A stretch of 63,674 nt of DNA, counting the filler, from Blastocystis sp. subtype 4 (lineage: Eukaryota): the NCBI RefSeq assembly GCF_000743755.1. It is 3 parts of 3 records of this genome, joined end to end, with 100 filler letters (N's around TTAATTAATTAA, not from the genome) between each part and the next. Parts side by side here need not be neighbours in the genome. Positions count along the whole stretch, not along the records: positions 26,380 to 47,212 come from NW_014569307.1; positions 47,313 to 63,674 come from NW_014569306.1; 1 more part is not named here. The stretch is one strand, 5' to 3'. Each line of letters opens with the position of its first letter. The first letter of the stretch is position 1. Shown one piece after another: positions 39,847-58,200 of this stretch. Under the pieces are notes generated by a model. The model saw only the letters and a program-made list of their open reading frames with translations. It searched no databases and was not told the origin of the DNA. The translations under genes were made by a program, and so were the position numbers.

Positions 39847-41712
39847 TCATTCACTAGATGCTAAATACTCATCAGCAAGCTTTTCTACAAGAGGCATATT
39901 TGCATCCATTAGAATCCCAATCACATGAAGTGACATTTGCTTCAGCGATGCATTGAAACTACTGTCACCACATTGTCGTAATGGTTTGTATACCAGAGGA
40001 GCCAAAATACTAAGATTCTGACTATCTTTGACAAAGAGAGAATCAAAAGTAGGACTATTCCATAGATAGAGAGTACGTTCAACCACTTGAGAACAAGAAG
40101 AATCAATACATTTCGCTAAGCGACGACACAATGTCTCACAATACGATCGAACATCAGCAGGTTGTAATCCATCCAACAAATCTTCCAGTTCATTTAGGAA
40201 CATTAGTTCCTTCCCACTGTTACCAGTAGGCCAATACCGTAATAATGCAGTGATGATCTATATCATGAAGAGAAAGATTCAATGAGACAGGTCGACTAAG
40301 AGTCACATCTTTGGAAATATAGAGAGTCATACAATACGATAACTGCATGTTATATTCCTCATATTGACGCATCTTATGAAGAGGAATCAGAGATCGTTCT
40401 AATGACAACTTGTGTTCAGGTCGAAGTGGGACAGTGAATCCATTGATGATGGAAGCAAGAATCTCAAGCAATTCTGAGATTCCACGATGTGATTTGGTTT
40501 CATAAAGGAATTCATAGAAGGTGTGATTGATGGCTTTACGAATTGATGCACGACGATTTGTTAACTTTCCATAGATGCGATGTGTGATCGTCTTCAAATA
40601 CTCTCGTTCACGAGAATCAATTGAATCAAACAGAGATACAAGATGAGTTACGAAGGAGGAAGTGATGAAGTGTTTACGAATTGTAGAATCGATCTGCTGA
40701 GACAACACCTATGTCTTATCCATCCTTTTCCCTTACGATGTGAAGTAAGATCTCATATTCAATAGAGAGATGAGGCCATTCAGGATCAGCATATTGAATC
40801 AGGTCTTCATCCATCGAACTAATAAGTGTAGATTCATCTTCCTTTGGTAATGGACGAAATAGAGCAAGTTCAAGACTCTGTATCATCTCTTGAAACACAT
40901 ATTCATCACTCACCAAATCACTACTAAATCATTCCCAGTCCTCATACTCACGGAAGGGATTCTACTACATCCAATAACTCCATCAGCACAGATTGTTTCA
41001 CATCACGACGCATCGCTTCTGATTCCTTCTTGAAATCAAAATGCAACGCACAGAGTTGTAACTTCTCCCACAATAGAGAACGACGATAAGGAGGAGCCAT
41101 ATCTGAATATCACAATCCATCATTCGATTACCCTTGACTTTGGGAAAGGGAGAAGCAACACGAAGATGCTCTTCACTTCCATTATACTCCGATTCTTCTA
41201 AGTCTTATTTCAAATTCATTCAAATACTTAGAAATGAGAATGGAAAAGTACAACGCATTAGAATACTAATCCAAGTGTTAGCTTCTTCTGTTGAATCCAC
41301 ATAGAAACAATAACGAAGACAGTCTTTGTTGGACTTGATTTCAGCTGGAGTCATTGAAGTAGTATTTGTGACATTTGGCTATTCTAAAACCAACACCTCA
41401 AGGATACAATGATACAAAGTTCAATCCCTGTCTTATCTAACAATTTTAAATCTAATATACGAACAGCACCACCCTACAACTCAAAACAAACCCAATCTCA
41501 AACAAGAATGTTAAAACTCCCTTCAATTGTTCCATCTCTCTGTGAACTCTCATATGTAAATTGGTTCCCTCGGACTGTCTATTCCTCAACTCTCTGACAA
41601 AAACAAATACACAAAAGAATTTCTTCAGGTTCTTCTTCTCTTCTTGATGAAGATACATCATACCACTCTTTTCACAGATTGCAGAAGCTGGCAACTCATA
41701 AGGTTGTGTCAT
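39847..41712 (-). CDS. PPP2R5: PP2A regulatory subunit B' (B56) with N-terminal PH-like domain
   Basis: EKLQLCALHFDF, DPEWPHL, FDSIDSREREYLKTITHRIYGK, ELLEILASIINGF, FLNELEDLL, QVVERTLYLWN. Upstream exons KKFFCVF…YCFYVDSTEEANTWISIL. Confidence 0.9.
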
Positions 41713-41798
41713 CCCTCAATAGTAAAGCTAGCTCTCTGATATCATTATTTCAATCGATAGAACATCCTACTAAATATACAAAATATACAGCTAATGGA

Positions 41799-44605
<2,807 letters not shown>

Positions 44606-44639
44606 NNNNNNNNNNNNNNNNNNNNNNNNNNNNNNNNNN

Positions 44640-47212
44640 TCTTCTTCTTCCATTGAGTTCTCCTTTGTTGTTGCTTCCCATTGTTCTATGTATTGTTTTC
44701 TTCTCATTTCATAGTACTGACATACAATTGCTATCATATGATTCATATCTTGAACCTATACATCAAATCCGTTACTCATTCATACCTCAAATGCCTTTGA
44801 TTCTTCATTCAATAATCGTTTTGTAGGATAATACTCTCCTTCTACTAATTGTAATGTCTGAGGTCGTTGTAATAATTGATCAAAGATTGGTTTCAATTCC
44901 ACACATTCACAGAACAATGAAACTCGGCAGAATATGTATAAACCAAGTCGTGCTCTTGACATCGCTACAATCATTCGACGTACATCTCTCAAATATCCAA
45001 CTGATTGTGTCCGAACGAGAGAAAGGAGAATCATATCATTCTGTTGGCCCTGGTACTTATCCACTGTTGTAACACGATATGGAGGATTCTTCTCACATCG
45101 TTCTCGAAGTAACGTACGAAGAAGTTCTCGTTGACCTCGATAAGGTGTGAGAATTGTGATCAAATCAGCTGGATAACCACACAGACGGAGATACTGATAC
45201 ATTGCAATCACATACTCAGCTTCTCCACGATTCTGGAATGAATGAGGTTGAGACTCCATTTCTCCTTCTCCTTCATATTCATTCACATTTATCACCTGAT
45301 AGTCATAACGAAGACTAGTGTTGGCTTGAATGAATCCAGATTGTGACTCATCACATACATGGGGGAGATTCTTCAATCCAGGATACTTCCAGGAGAAGAG
45401 ACATGCCAACGAAGGACGACACCGACCTTGAGCATCCAGTGTAATATGAGGAACTCCTAAACGAATAAGTCGAGTGAAAAGACTTTGATCAAGATGAGTA
45501 GAATGAGCAAGTGATGGACTCTGAACAATAGGAGGGAGTTGGTTATGATCTCCTAATAGAATCATTCGTTTCATATGACAACTCTCAACAGAGGTACTGT
45601 TCTACTCATCAATCTCTCAATTCATTCATACTTGAAGGAAGAGTGGAATGAATGATTCCAATTCTAATACTTGTCCTGCTTCTTCAATCACAAGAGTATC
45701 AAAATAGAAACCACTTTCAATCAATCGTTGACGAGCAATTGCAGCATGAGTGCATGTCATTGCTACAATTCGTGCTTCACTGGCTAACATGTATTCACAA
45801 CGAGGTCGAGAACTTCGTACTAATTCAAAGGCTCGATATTCTTTTAGTTCTGTGAAGATATCACGAAGACAATGGAAACAATCCTCATAGACCTGATGTT
45901 GATCTGATTCTGATTGAGTAGATGAGAATAGAGGTTGTGAAAGAGGAAGGAAGAAGAGTTTGAATGGGAACAGATTCGCAATCTCTCCTGAATTCAATTC
46001 AAACCAGTGTTTCTCCTCTTCTTTCTGTTTGGGAGTACAACCGATAGGAAGGAGTCGCAACTGATCCAACTCTTCCTTCTTACATCCACCTTGAAGGGCT
46101 CGTAAGAACAATTGCATTCGAGGTATGATCGTTGAGACATAGAATGAATCAGCTGTCTCACATGAATATGCTACATCTTCAGAACAACCCAGACTCACTG
46201 CAAGACGTTTCACCACGGTTAATAACTGATCTCGGCGTTGTAGACAATACTCCACACGACCTAATCGACTATAATCCTTATCACTCTCCAATTCTCTCTC
46301 TCCCATTCCTAATCGTAATACATGACGAGGTTGGATCGCTCTCTCAGCAATCTTACTGAATAGATCATTCAATGCATGATTGCTTCGAGTTATGACAAGA
46401 ATCCGTTGTTCAGGATAACTATGATACAGATTGCTAATGATCTGGACAGCCACATCTGTCTTTCCTGTACCTGGAGGACCCACAATCATTGTCAGACCTG
46501 TGCTCATACCACTTCGAATTGCTTCAACTTGGGCTTCAGTGAATTCTATGGAATTCCCACGGGATTCTGCTTCATCTTGTAACTCATGAGGGAGATAAGG
46601 ATTGGAAGAAGGAGCAGGATAACAAGTACAGATCAATTCGGTGGATTCCTCAGAGAAGGTTATTCGATAAGGAGGATGAGCAGACTCAGGAGTGAGAGAT
46701 TCACCTGATTTGGTTCGGAACACAACAGAATATCGAGGGAAGGCAGCAATCACATGAGCTGCACTAAGGAAGGTATCTGAAAAGTCGAGTGTTTGGGATG
46801 AAGTGAGATTGGAATAGTGAGCAGCACTGGGATCTCCAATTCCAAGGAACACTTGCTGAAGCCAGAAAGGAAGTGATTTCTTCATATCAGTGAGATTCAA
46901 TAGATTTCGTGTTGTTTGAAGTACAGACTTGAAGTTATTGGCAATTGGATCTCGTCGAATCAGTAGATTGAAACTGTCATATGGATCAGGAATGGCTCCA
47001 GTAGCCAATCGCTCCATATCGTTCTGATACTGAATAGGATCCAATCGAACACGTAACAATCGACGCTTTCCTGCTCGTTTCTCTCGTATATCAGGTGAAG
47101 ACCAATCATTCAATACAACTCCATCTTCATCTTCCATTCGAATCACTTCACATCCTCTTACAAACACTACTCCTTCTTGTTCAAGGAATGAAGCATCATT
47201 CTCATATTGACA
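44640..47212 (-). CDS. AQR: Intron-binding spliceosomal helicase Aquarius (5' part lost at linker, 3' end in gap)
   Basis: FTEAQVEAIRSG…VGPPGTGKTDVAVQII, IVAMTCTHAA, EEAGQVLELE, LGDHNQLPP, TTVDKYQGQQND, MSRARLGLY. Confidence 0.95.
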
Positions 47213-47312
47213 NNNNNNNNNNNNNNNNNNNNNNNNNNNNNNNNNNNNNNNNNNNNTTAATTAATTAANNNNNNNNNNNNNNNNNNNNNNNNNNNNNNNN
47301 NNNNNNNNNNNN
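47213..47312. other. Artificial contig linker N44-TTAATTAATTAA-N44
   Basis: Identical to 26280-26379. Confidence 0.95.
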
Positions 47313-47548
47313 ACTATCATCAATTCCACTTCATTCTCATTCTCTTTCACTTCTATCACTTCTTCTCCTCTCTTACATATTCCTCTCATTTCTCCTTTAT
47401 CAACATTCAAAATCAACATACAATTCTTATTACCATTCAATACACTCTCTTTCAAGTACTCTTTCCATTTCATTCTCCAGTCTACTCCATTCATCTTCTC
47501 TGATATTGATTCTTTACTGTCCACTTTCATTCTCTTACTGTCACTCAT
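47313..47548 (-). CDS. 5' fragment of an intronless, purine-rich ORF truncated by the linker
   Basis: MSDSKRMKVDSKES… open to the gap; low-complexity composition. Family not recognised. Confidence 0.45.
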
Positions 47549-47722
47549 TACACCTATTCGAAAAAGAAATACTGTTCTTCCGTTCGAAATTACCTAAAAC
47601 AGATTCACGGAAATCATTATTAATTATACACTTCAATCATTGCTTTGGACAAACTCCTTATTAAACCAATAACAATCTATTGACAGTCTTTGATACGATG
47701 TGAGGATAAGAATGTGTTGTTG

Positions 47723-47880
47723 AAAAGGGTTAGTGAAAGAAATGAAAACAAGAACGGTCATATCTAGTGGAAAGCGCCCTAACCCGTCTGATCTACATTA
47801 CGAGTTGAGTTAGTACCAGTGTGTTTAACCCGCTGAGAAGTCTCAATGCTGTTCTTTTCTCTCTCAAACCCTTCTTATTT
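47723..47880. ncRNA. Candidate structured ncRNA (telomerase-RNA-like)
   Basis: Intergenic; imperfect long-range terminal stem 47725-47752 with 47849-47873; CCCTAACCC at 47777-47785; possible pseudoknot and hairpin. Strand unresolved. Confidence 0.3.
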
Positions 47881-48109
47881 CAAGCATTCCAATATATACT
47901 ACACAACAATCTTTATTATCTAGAACCATCCACGTTGACGGAACTGTCTGCAAAGCCAAATAAATCTCAAATATGTTTCTTTAACAAACAATCAAGACCA
48001 CTTATGGAATCCCAGAAATAATTAGTTGCAATAGTCAGTTACGACATGTATAATGGGGACTGGGCTCGCCGAAACTCCCAGACCGACAAATAATGGGATT
48101 CTCTTCTGA

Positions 48110-49629
48110 ATGAACAAGAAGACTCTCCAGAATTACTATCCAGGTTCCGGTGGAGATAGTTTTCCATCAGAAAAGACAACTGAACTGTCTCAAGATCCTG
48201 TTTAGAGTAATTGTGATGTGATAATATATAGGATGTGGCTCTGAAACAATTATATCGTGAAAATGCAGATCTTCGAGTAAGAAACGAACTCCTGGAACAA
48301 TCTCTTCGAGATGTCAACAGTGGATTGTATTTCTAAGGTGTTATATTGATATAATAGGCTCTCTGAGGAAAAGCTGCTGAAAGATTACCTAGATTTGAAA
48401 GCGAAGGTGGAATCCCAGCAACGACTCATCGATCAGCAAAATGAAATGTTGGATGAGGCTCAAGAATTAATGCAACAATTGAAAGTGGGATGAAAACGTG
48501 GCTTTGTTTTGTAGGAAGAACGGGATATGCTTGAAGAGCAGGTGAATCAGCAGCCATCTATTTATCTATCACAACTCCAAGCTGCAAAAGAACGGGAGAT
48601 AAGCGCTGTAGGAGTATAACACGTGTTCCACTCCTAGAATAAAGTGATTGGAATCCTTCAGCAGCAACTTGAAGAGTCACAGAGTACTTTATTACCTCCA
48701 GTTCCCGAAGTATCAGATGAAGAGGAGAATTACTCAACTATTCATGAAGAAATTGATCTGATAACTCGTTGGCTCGATAAAATTGACGGTTTGCTCTTTG
48801 AGAGTGTATCCAAATCCGAAGAGATTCAGACGTTGGAAAGTCGAATGGATCGATTATTTGAATGGTGTCAGCAACATCAGCGTAAATCTGTAGAGGTTAG
48901 ATCACAACCATCCGTTCTCGACTCTCCCTACTTCACTATTCTTCAACGAGAGATTGCAGAGTTGGAGGAATTAGTTGAGGGAGCAAACAGCAATGGAGCT
49001 CCTGTCAAACAACTTCACTCACTACAGAGTACTGTGCGATCTGTGTTGGAACAGTCTGGAGTCCGAAGTCTGGCTGAACTGAAACAGAGTAAACAAATTA
49101 CAACACTGGAATCTCCCATCAGAGCCTTAGGGAAGGAACTAGGAATCTGTTTCTCTGGAACCTCACCAGAATCGCAACTTGCTCAGTGCTTGGATTCTGT
49201 TCGTGAGGCTATTGCTAGATCCCAACAAAAGGATTCAGCTGAAGAGGAGATTCGAAAATGTAATTAAGGACTCACTTTCTGATCTATAGTAAATAGCATT
49301 ATCCTGGATAAAACAAAAGCACTGGATGTTGTGAATGCACAGAACGACCGTATCATGGAATTAGTGAGGAGTGAGAAGAAGGAGTTCGAAAACCTTCTTC
49401 ATATATATAAGCAGCTGGAAAAGAAGTATGAAGAGGTGAAACAACGATCTTGCCCTTTGTGCTCGGATCTCCAGAAGAAGTACAATATATATTAGCTATT
49501 GATTTCTATAGATATAAAGAACTAAAAGAATGTTATCGAACAAGCCTAGAAGAGATTCGAGCTCGCGACGTTCTTCTTCAGAAGTGTCAGCGTTTGGTAG
49601 CTGGAAAGTCGATGCGTTTTGTTGTATAG
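48110..49629 (+). CDS. Coiled-coil protein, with a possible centrosomin N-terminal (CM1)-like motif
   Basis: Heptad-rich exons; LKQLYRENADLRVRNELLEQSL resembles the CM1 L.KENF.LKL.I.FLEE.L pattern. Confidence 0.55.
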
Positions 49630-49736
49630 TGCATTGACATATATTATCTTTTCTATTTTTCATTGATTTCCTTGTGTTTGTTGGATTCAAGTTTCCCGCC
49701 TTTTGCCGCGGTTTTCGTTTGTCAATAAGCTGTGCA

Positions 49737-52714
49737 ATGGAAATCCAAACTCAGTCTATCCACTCTGAGGGATATTGTGGAATCATCCCTGCAACCGAAT
49801 CATCTTCAGTTTTCACCGTTGGAGGTGATGCACGAGTTCGAGAGGATTTTGAAATTGAATTTGTAGATTGTGGAAAATACTCTAGTAAGTGGAAAGTTTG
49901 AGAGCAAAGGAAGGTCCGATCTGACAAATGTGCCTGTTTCTTGTGTTGCAAGCAAAGCAAAAAAGATGTGTTATGTCGCTTGTGACGACAATGTGATTCG
50001 GTCCTATCACTTAGACTCTTTCGAGTTTGACAATGTCATTTACAAAACTACCCAACCTATCAATTGTTTAGCTATCAACCATGATTCTACATACTTGTAG
50101 GGCTGGATAAGGATTTGGATTGTAGGGCGATTGGAAGCAAGGATTCTGTAATCGAAGTTATTGATATTAGAGAGAGGGAGAATGTATTCTCGTTGGTTGG
50201 ACATCAGGGAGAAGTCACATTTGTATCTTTTGATCCCAAAGGAGAGTATCTAAGTAGTGTTAGCGTTGATGGAACACTCCGAATTTGGAATCTAACAAAG
50301 AAAAGTTGTGAGAGCTCAAAACCTGGACTCAGCAAGGAATTGTGTACCTCGTTGAATTGCAGTTGGTCAGAATCAGGAGATCTTCTTGTCATTCCATATG
50401 GAAACGAGATCCAATTCATTCAAGTCAGTTTTGTTGATCGCAGTAACTCATAGAGAGGAACATGGATATCTCTGATGGATATTCCGACTGAAGAATCAAA
50501 GGATGCTCTCATGGTTGTGGTTTCCCCAAATGGACAGTATGTTGCTTACATCGTTCCACTAGATGGAGTGAACACAGTATGAGTATGAATGGTTTTTAAT
50601 TACAGATTATTGTGGTAGACAAGGGAACTAAAGCTGTTGTTGGTAAGGTCGAATCAGAAGCAACAGGATTCAATACAATGGTCTGGAGAGATGGTTAGTT
50701 TCTTAACATACGGTGATTTGTAGATGGACGGTCTCTTCTGGTCCTTGATCGTGACGTGAAACTAACACAGTATGGCGGTGTAATTCCTGATGCGATGATG
50801 AGTGGAACACAAACTGTTGTTGTTACGCCTCAGGAGACCGAACCGAAGCTCCAGGAAGCAAATGTGGTGATTGAACAAGAGAGTGATGACGAGATGCCTG
50901 TGATCCGAAAGGTACGTAGAGAACGTGTGGAAGACACTGAGGAGAACCAACCAGCACAGAGCGAGGAGGTTGGAATTAGTACAGACGATGCTCTGGTGAA
51001 CTATACAAGCGAGCCTACAATGACTCTGAATGTATGGTTATCATGGAGTGAGTAATACCTAGACATCTCTCCATGATATGTTCATGCCAGCAGCTACTGA
51101 GACGTCTCAAGAGCGTTGTTTTCTGGCTTGGAATGAAGTTGGGTTGATAGTGAAACGATTGGTTGATGATGGAAGTGCTTTGGAAGTTGTGTTTTCAGAT
51201 TCTCATCGCAAGCGACTTCTCTTCAAGGAAGATTCTGATGTGGTTGTAGCCTCATTGTCTTCAAATGGAGGAGTATTTGGAGGAGTTGTAGAAGATGAGA
51301 ATGGAAAGAATTTTGGGTTAACATGAATTCAGATTCTCATTCATAGAACAGTGTTCTATCGAGCATTCAATTCATGGGCAAGTCATGCTTATTGGAGAGC
51401 TGAGCTACCGATTGGAGAGTTACCAGATTTGGTTGCCTGCACAGATAGTATGGTGTTCGTGTATACATCAAAAGGTTATTTGCGTTGTTGGAGTGTAAGT
51501 GGAGTTCAAAATAGTATATTAACTCCATGTGGTCATGTTGTGACGATGGTTGGAAATGACAGAACGTTATGTGTTGTCTATGAAGATTCCTATCCATTAG
51601 CAAGTAAATAATTCTTATTGGTATTTGAACACAGATACACACAATTTAAAAATGATTGTTTACTGTACAGCTCCATTCCGTAGGTTACATCAGGGTCCTC
51701 TTCCTTTATCTCATCATTCAACACTTCAATGGATTGGATTCACGAAGGAAGGGTATGTTGCTTCATATGATAGTCAGTGTGTGATTCGAGTATTCTGTGG
51801 AGTGATTGTTCCTACCGAGGAGGTATTGTATGATGAAATGGAATGGATTGTGCTGATGAATGTGAAGTTCTATCTAAAAGAGAAACAAGAACCTGGAGAT
51901 GCTCTTCCATACTGTTGGTTGGTTGCTCTATCACTTCACACTATCAAATATGTTCTCTTACCATCAGCAGCATCCATTCCTCCAACTCTTCCTCGACCAA
52001 TGTTGTCTGTCCTGGATGTGAAGATTCCACTATGTGTAATTGAAGTGAATGAAACTTCACTTGTAGAGCAAGGACAATGGAATGGTTGAATTCGAGAACA
52101 ATCTACTTCTACGTACTTATGACCTTTCTGCTTCTTCACAATCATCTCTTTGTGTAAGTGATCAACATCGAGAGCATATTGAATTTGATAAGTTTTTGTT
52201 ACGGCAGATCAATGTAGAGATTGGAAACAATCAGTTATTACGAGCGGAATACCTCTGCTCATTGATTCATTCAGTTGCAGCTCTGAAGAAGGCGGCTATT
52301 GTGAGTGAATAAGAATGAGATGAGATATAGCTAGCACAGAAGGCAAATGCAAGTGGATTAGTATCCCAAATTGAAGCGTTGATGGATAAAAAGGATTCTT
52401 TGGCGTATTCAAGAGAAGATAGAGAGGAACCTGTGAAGGGATTCGAAGATCGATTGAATTCTGTTGCTGTGAGTAACCGAAAGTGAGAAATGGGTTAGAG
52501 AATAAAGAATAGACGAGATGGAGATGTTTCAATTGACGTCATATCGAAACGAGTGAGTGTTGATGAAGAGAATGTTCAGAGACCCGTCAATGTGTTCAAG
52601 AAACCTGTTCATGAGAGTCCACAAAAGTCGTTGATTGGTCAGTTACGATCTGTTGTTGTGGGATATTCGACGGGTGGTGAATTATAGAGTCCTGTCAAGA
52701 AAGGTAGAATGTAG
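49737..52714 (+). CDS. WDHD1: Replisome adaptor WDHD1/AND-1/Ctf4
   Basis: N-terminal WD40 (GHQGEV…FDPKGEYLSSVSVDGTLRIWNL); SepB region FMPAAT…FLAWNEVG, FNSWASHAYW, TLQWIGFTKEG, PPTLPRP. Confidence 0.9.
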
Positions 52715-52935
52715 TTTGTATTTTGTTTTGTTTCGTTGGATGAAACTATCTATACTCTCATCAAGCATTCTATTGAGTTATTCGGTATTAGGTAGAAATG
52801 GGGCATTTGTGTCCCAAAGGCGCTTCCCTCTTCTTAATAATCTCTCCAAATCGAAATCATTTTACTCTAGAATAGTTGTATCGAGTCGGAAAGAAGTTTT
52901 ATTTCCAATTCTTCATTGATATAATAGAAACGATA

Positions 52936-55167
<2,232 letters not shown>

Positions 55168-55230
55168 GACTTTTCGCTTTTCTGATTGTTTGATAAGTGT
55201 ACTGAGTTGATAATAAACAAGAAATGATAT

Positions 55231-58200
55231 TCATTCTTCATTAGGATCATAATCCTCATCCATCTCATCCTTCTTAGGATCATAATGAATTCCACGTTCC
55301 TTTAGCATGTTTCGTAACTTTCCACGCATCTCACGAGGTGTATCACGTCTATATACTCATTCGTCTTATCAATATCTACTCCATAGCACATCCAATAGCA
55401 CTATTATGTTGCATCAAAGGAATAATAGCTGAAAGAATACAATTGAACACATTTGGGAACAGATTCTCTTCAGCTGCTAACAAGGTTTTCATTCGATATC
55501 GTTCCTTCGGTCTACATCTCATTCATCTCTCCATTCATCACCCTTCAAAACAAGCAGGACAATTTTCATCAATGATTGGTAGATTCATTGTCTTTGCAAA
55601 CTCTCTGAGTTGTTTCTCTCGAATATACACAAATGGACGAATCACTCGGATATCTTGTTCCTTGTTGATATAACAAGCTTTCATAGTACGCAAGACACCA
55701 TTATGGAACACCGACATTAGGAATGATTCAGCCAAGTCATCCAAATGTTGGGCCAGAACCTATCTCTCAGTTCTTAGTAATAGACTCACAAGCACATTAT
55801 ATCCTTCACGACGCATGGCACTATACAAGATTCCTCGCTTCATTCGAGAACACCAACTACAAATTGAACCGTTCTGAAGCTTCTTCTTAGCCAATGCAAT
55901 TACAGCACGAGACTCATAGAAATATTTCACACCCAGTGTCTTACAGTAATCACGAAGAGGACTATAATCAAGGAATCATTGTACAGGTACGATGGATCGA
56001 ATCCTGTTGTTTGAGGATCTACTGTAACACAAGCCAATTCAAACTTAATTGGAGATCTACGTTGGAGTTGAAGCAAACAATGTAGCATTGTCAACGAGTC
56101 TTTTCCTCCTGAAAGACCTAACATCACCTTATCACCTTCTTTGATCATATCGTAGTGTCCAACGGCCTGACCTAAAATATGATTTAATTAGAGTTAAAAT
56201 ACCCATTAGTTTCATTAGTCGAGTAGGCACTTCAGGGAACAGCTCCTTGTGTTTCTTCATATACTTCACTCGTTCCTTAAATTCCATTCCAGGAACGATT
56301 GCTGTGAACTCCAAAGTACCATCAACGCCTGTATGATATTTAAATTCTACTCCAGGTTCCTGAGCAATACTCACAACAGAGAGAGGAACCACTTCTTTTC
56401 CAGTACTAGAAAGCATACAGCTTTCTCGACGCTGTTTCTTGTCACTGATCTTGACAGTGAAAGCATTGGTTGAAGGAGCTGAAGTATTGGGACCAAGAAC
56501 ATTGGTTGGAGTACCAGTGGAAGCATCGTGATTAGGAGTAGTTGAAACTTCACTCGATGCACGCTTCAAAGATTTCAAATCATGATGAGATTCAGTTGAT
56601 ACAGACTGATCACCTCGCTGTTTCACATGAATGAGAATTGATGGTAAGATTGATTCATTCTTAGAAGGAGTATAATTTGACTTGAAATCCTGATAGGCTT
56701 CAATTCGAGTTACGTACCAACGATACTGTGTGACCAGTACTGACTGTTCATTCTTGACATTGGCTGCTGAATATTCAGAAACCACATACGTAGGAGCTAG
56801 CATCGATTTTTCTGTTATTGCCAATGTAGCTTTGGCTTGCTCATAATAACTCTCAAAGAGAGAAGAGAGATAAGATGAATCAATCCTGAATTCATTCACT
56901 TCATGTGCCTTCACTGGATATGACATATGACCATCAGGGAAACTATTAGTAAATACAGTCCAGTAATCCAACCTCACATCATTCAACCAACGACGGAAGG
57001 GCTTCTTATTCTTCATACTCTTATGACGCCATTCTCCGGTATCTTCAAAGAATACATACTCTGGTAAGAACTTCCAACCATCTTCACTCACAAATACCAA
57101 AGCTCTCTGAATGAACTTCACTTCTTCAGGAGTCATTACATACGATAAACCTATAGAATGGTGAGATATGATTATCATGAATCACTAAACATACTGATGC
57201 GAGTATATCCAGGACGGAAAATCTCATTCTTATCCAACAGAATGGCATCCACATCTTTCACCTTCTTTCCATCAATCCCAAGCAGACTAAGTATCAGATA
57301 TGAAGGGAATCGATACCGCATCGAATATGGGCCAGCACACATACATCCAGAACGCGTCTGAATCCCAAATAGATCACTTAACAACATTGATACAAAATTC
57401 CAGTGCAAATAACGACTATTTATGTCATTCAAGATCTAGTTCATACCCATTGTGTTTGATTAGAATCGAAAAAACAGAAGCTTTTGGGCAATCCGTATCA
57501 TCACCCAAAATCACGATATTAGGATGCTGGCGCAACACCTCCATAGTCTGTTGATAGTACTCCTGTTCACGCTGGCGAATCCAATCCCAACCAAGATGGT
57601 TGTGGAGATGAAGAGTAAGGCCACAGCGAATGGCTCCAATGATATTGGGAGTTCCTCCTTCTTCTCGCTCTGTTAGCACCTGTGTGTAGCGATGGAGACC
57701 CTCACTCACATAGAAAATTGTTCCTCCTCCAGGGATACTGGGAACCTCATTGAGAAGGAGTTTCTTTTTCACAAGAAGTAGGCCTGGGGAACCGACTCCA
57801 CCTACCATCTTGTGTGGTGAAAAGAAGCAAGCATCACAGTAATCGAGAGGATTAACTGTAGTGTTGTTCATGAGGGGTGCTTCATGAGACCCAGCTGTAG
57901 CACAGTCCCAACAAATCAGTGCTCCTTCTTCGTGGACCAAACAATTGATAGGAGACATAGGAGTGATGAGACCAGTCACATTGCTGACTCGGTTAAGAGA
58001 AACAATTCGTAGGGGACTAGATATAAGAGATACCTCACATACGCACCGAGACTTAAATTGTTGAAGACGTGTCCGAAGTTCGTTTTGATCCAAACTACCA
58101 TCCTTTGCTACACCAATTTGAACAAAATCAACATCAGCTTCTCTCCAGGGAAGGAGATTACTGTGATGCTCAAAAGGACCCACAAATACGATAGGACGAT

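Noticed and set aside
19815..41712. PP2A catalytic and B56 subunits in the same window as a cluster
   Set aside because: They are about 19 kb apart and separated by an artificial linker.
47723..47790. U11 snRNA or RNase P/MRP identity for the intergenic structured region
   Set aside because: Only short resemblances (AAAAGGG, GGAAAG); no Sm site or complementary P4 strand found.
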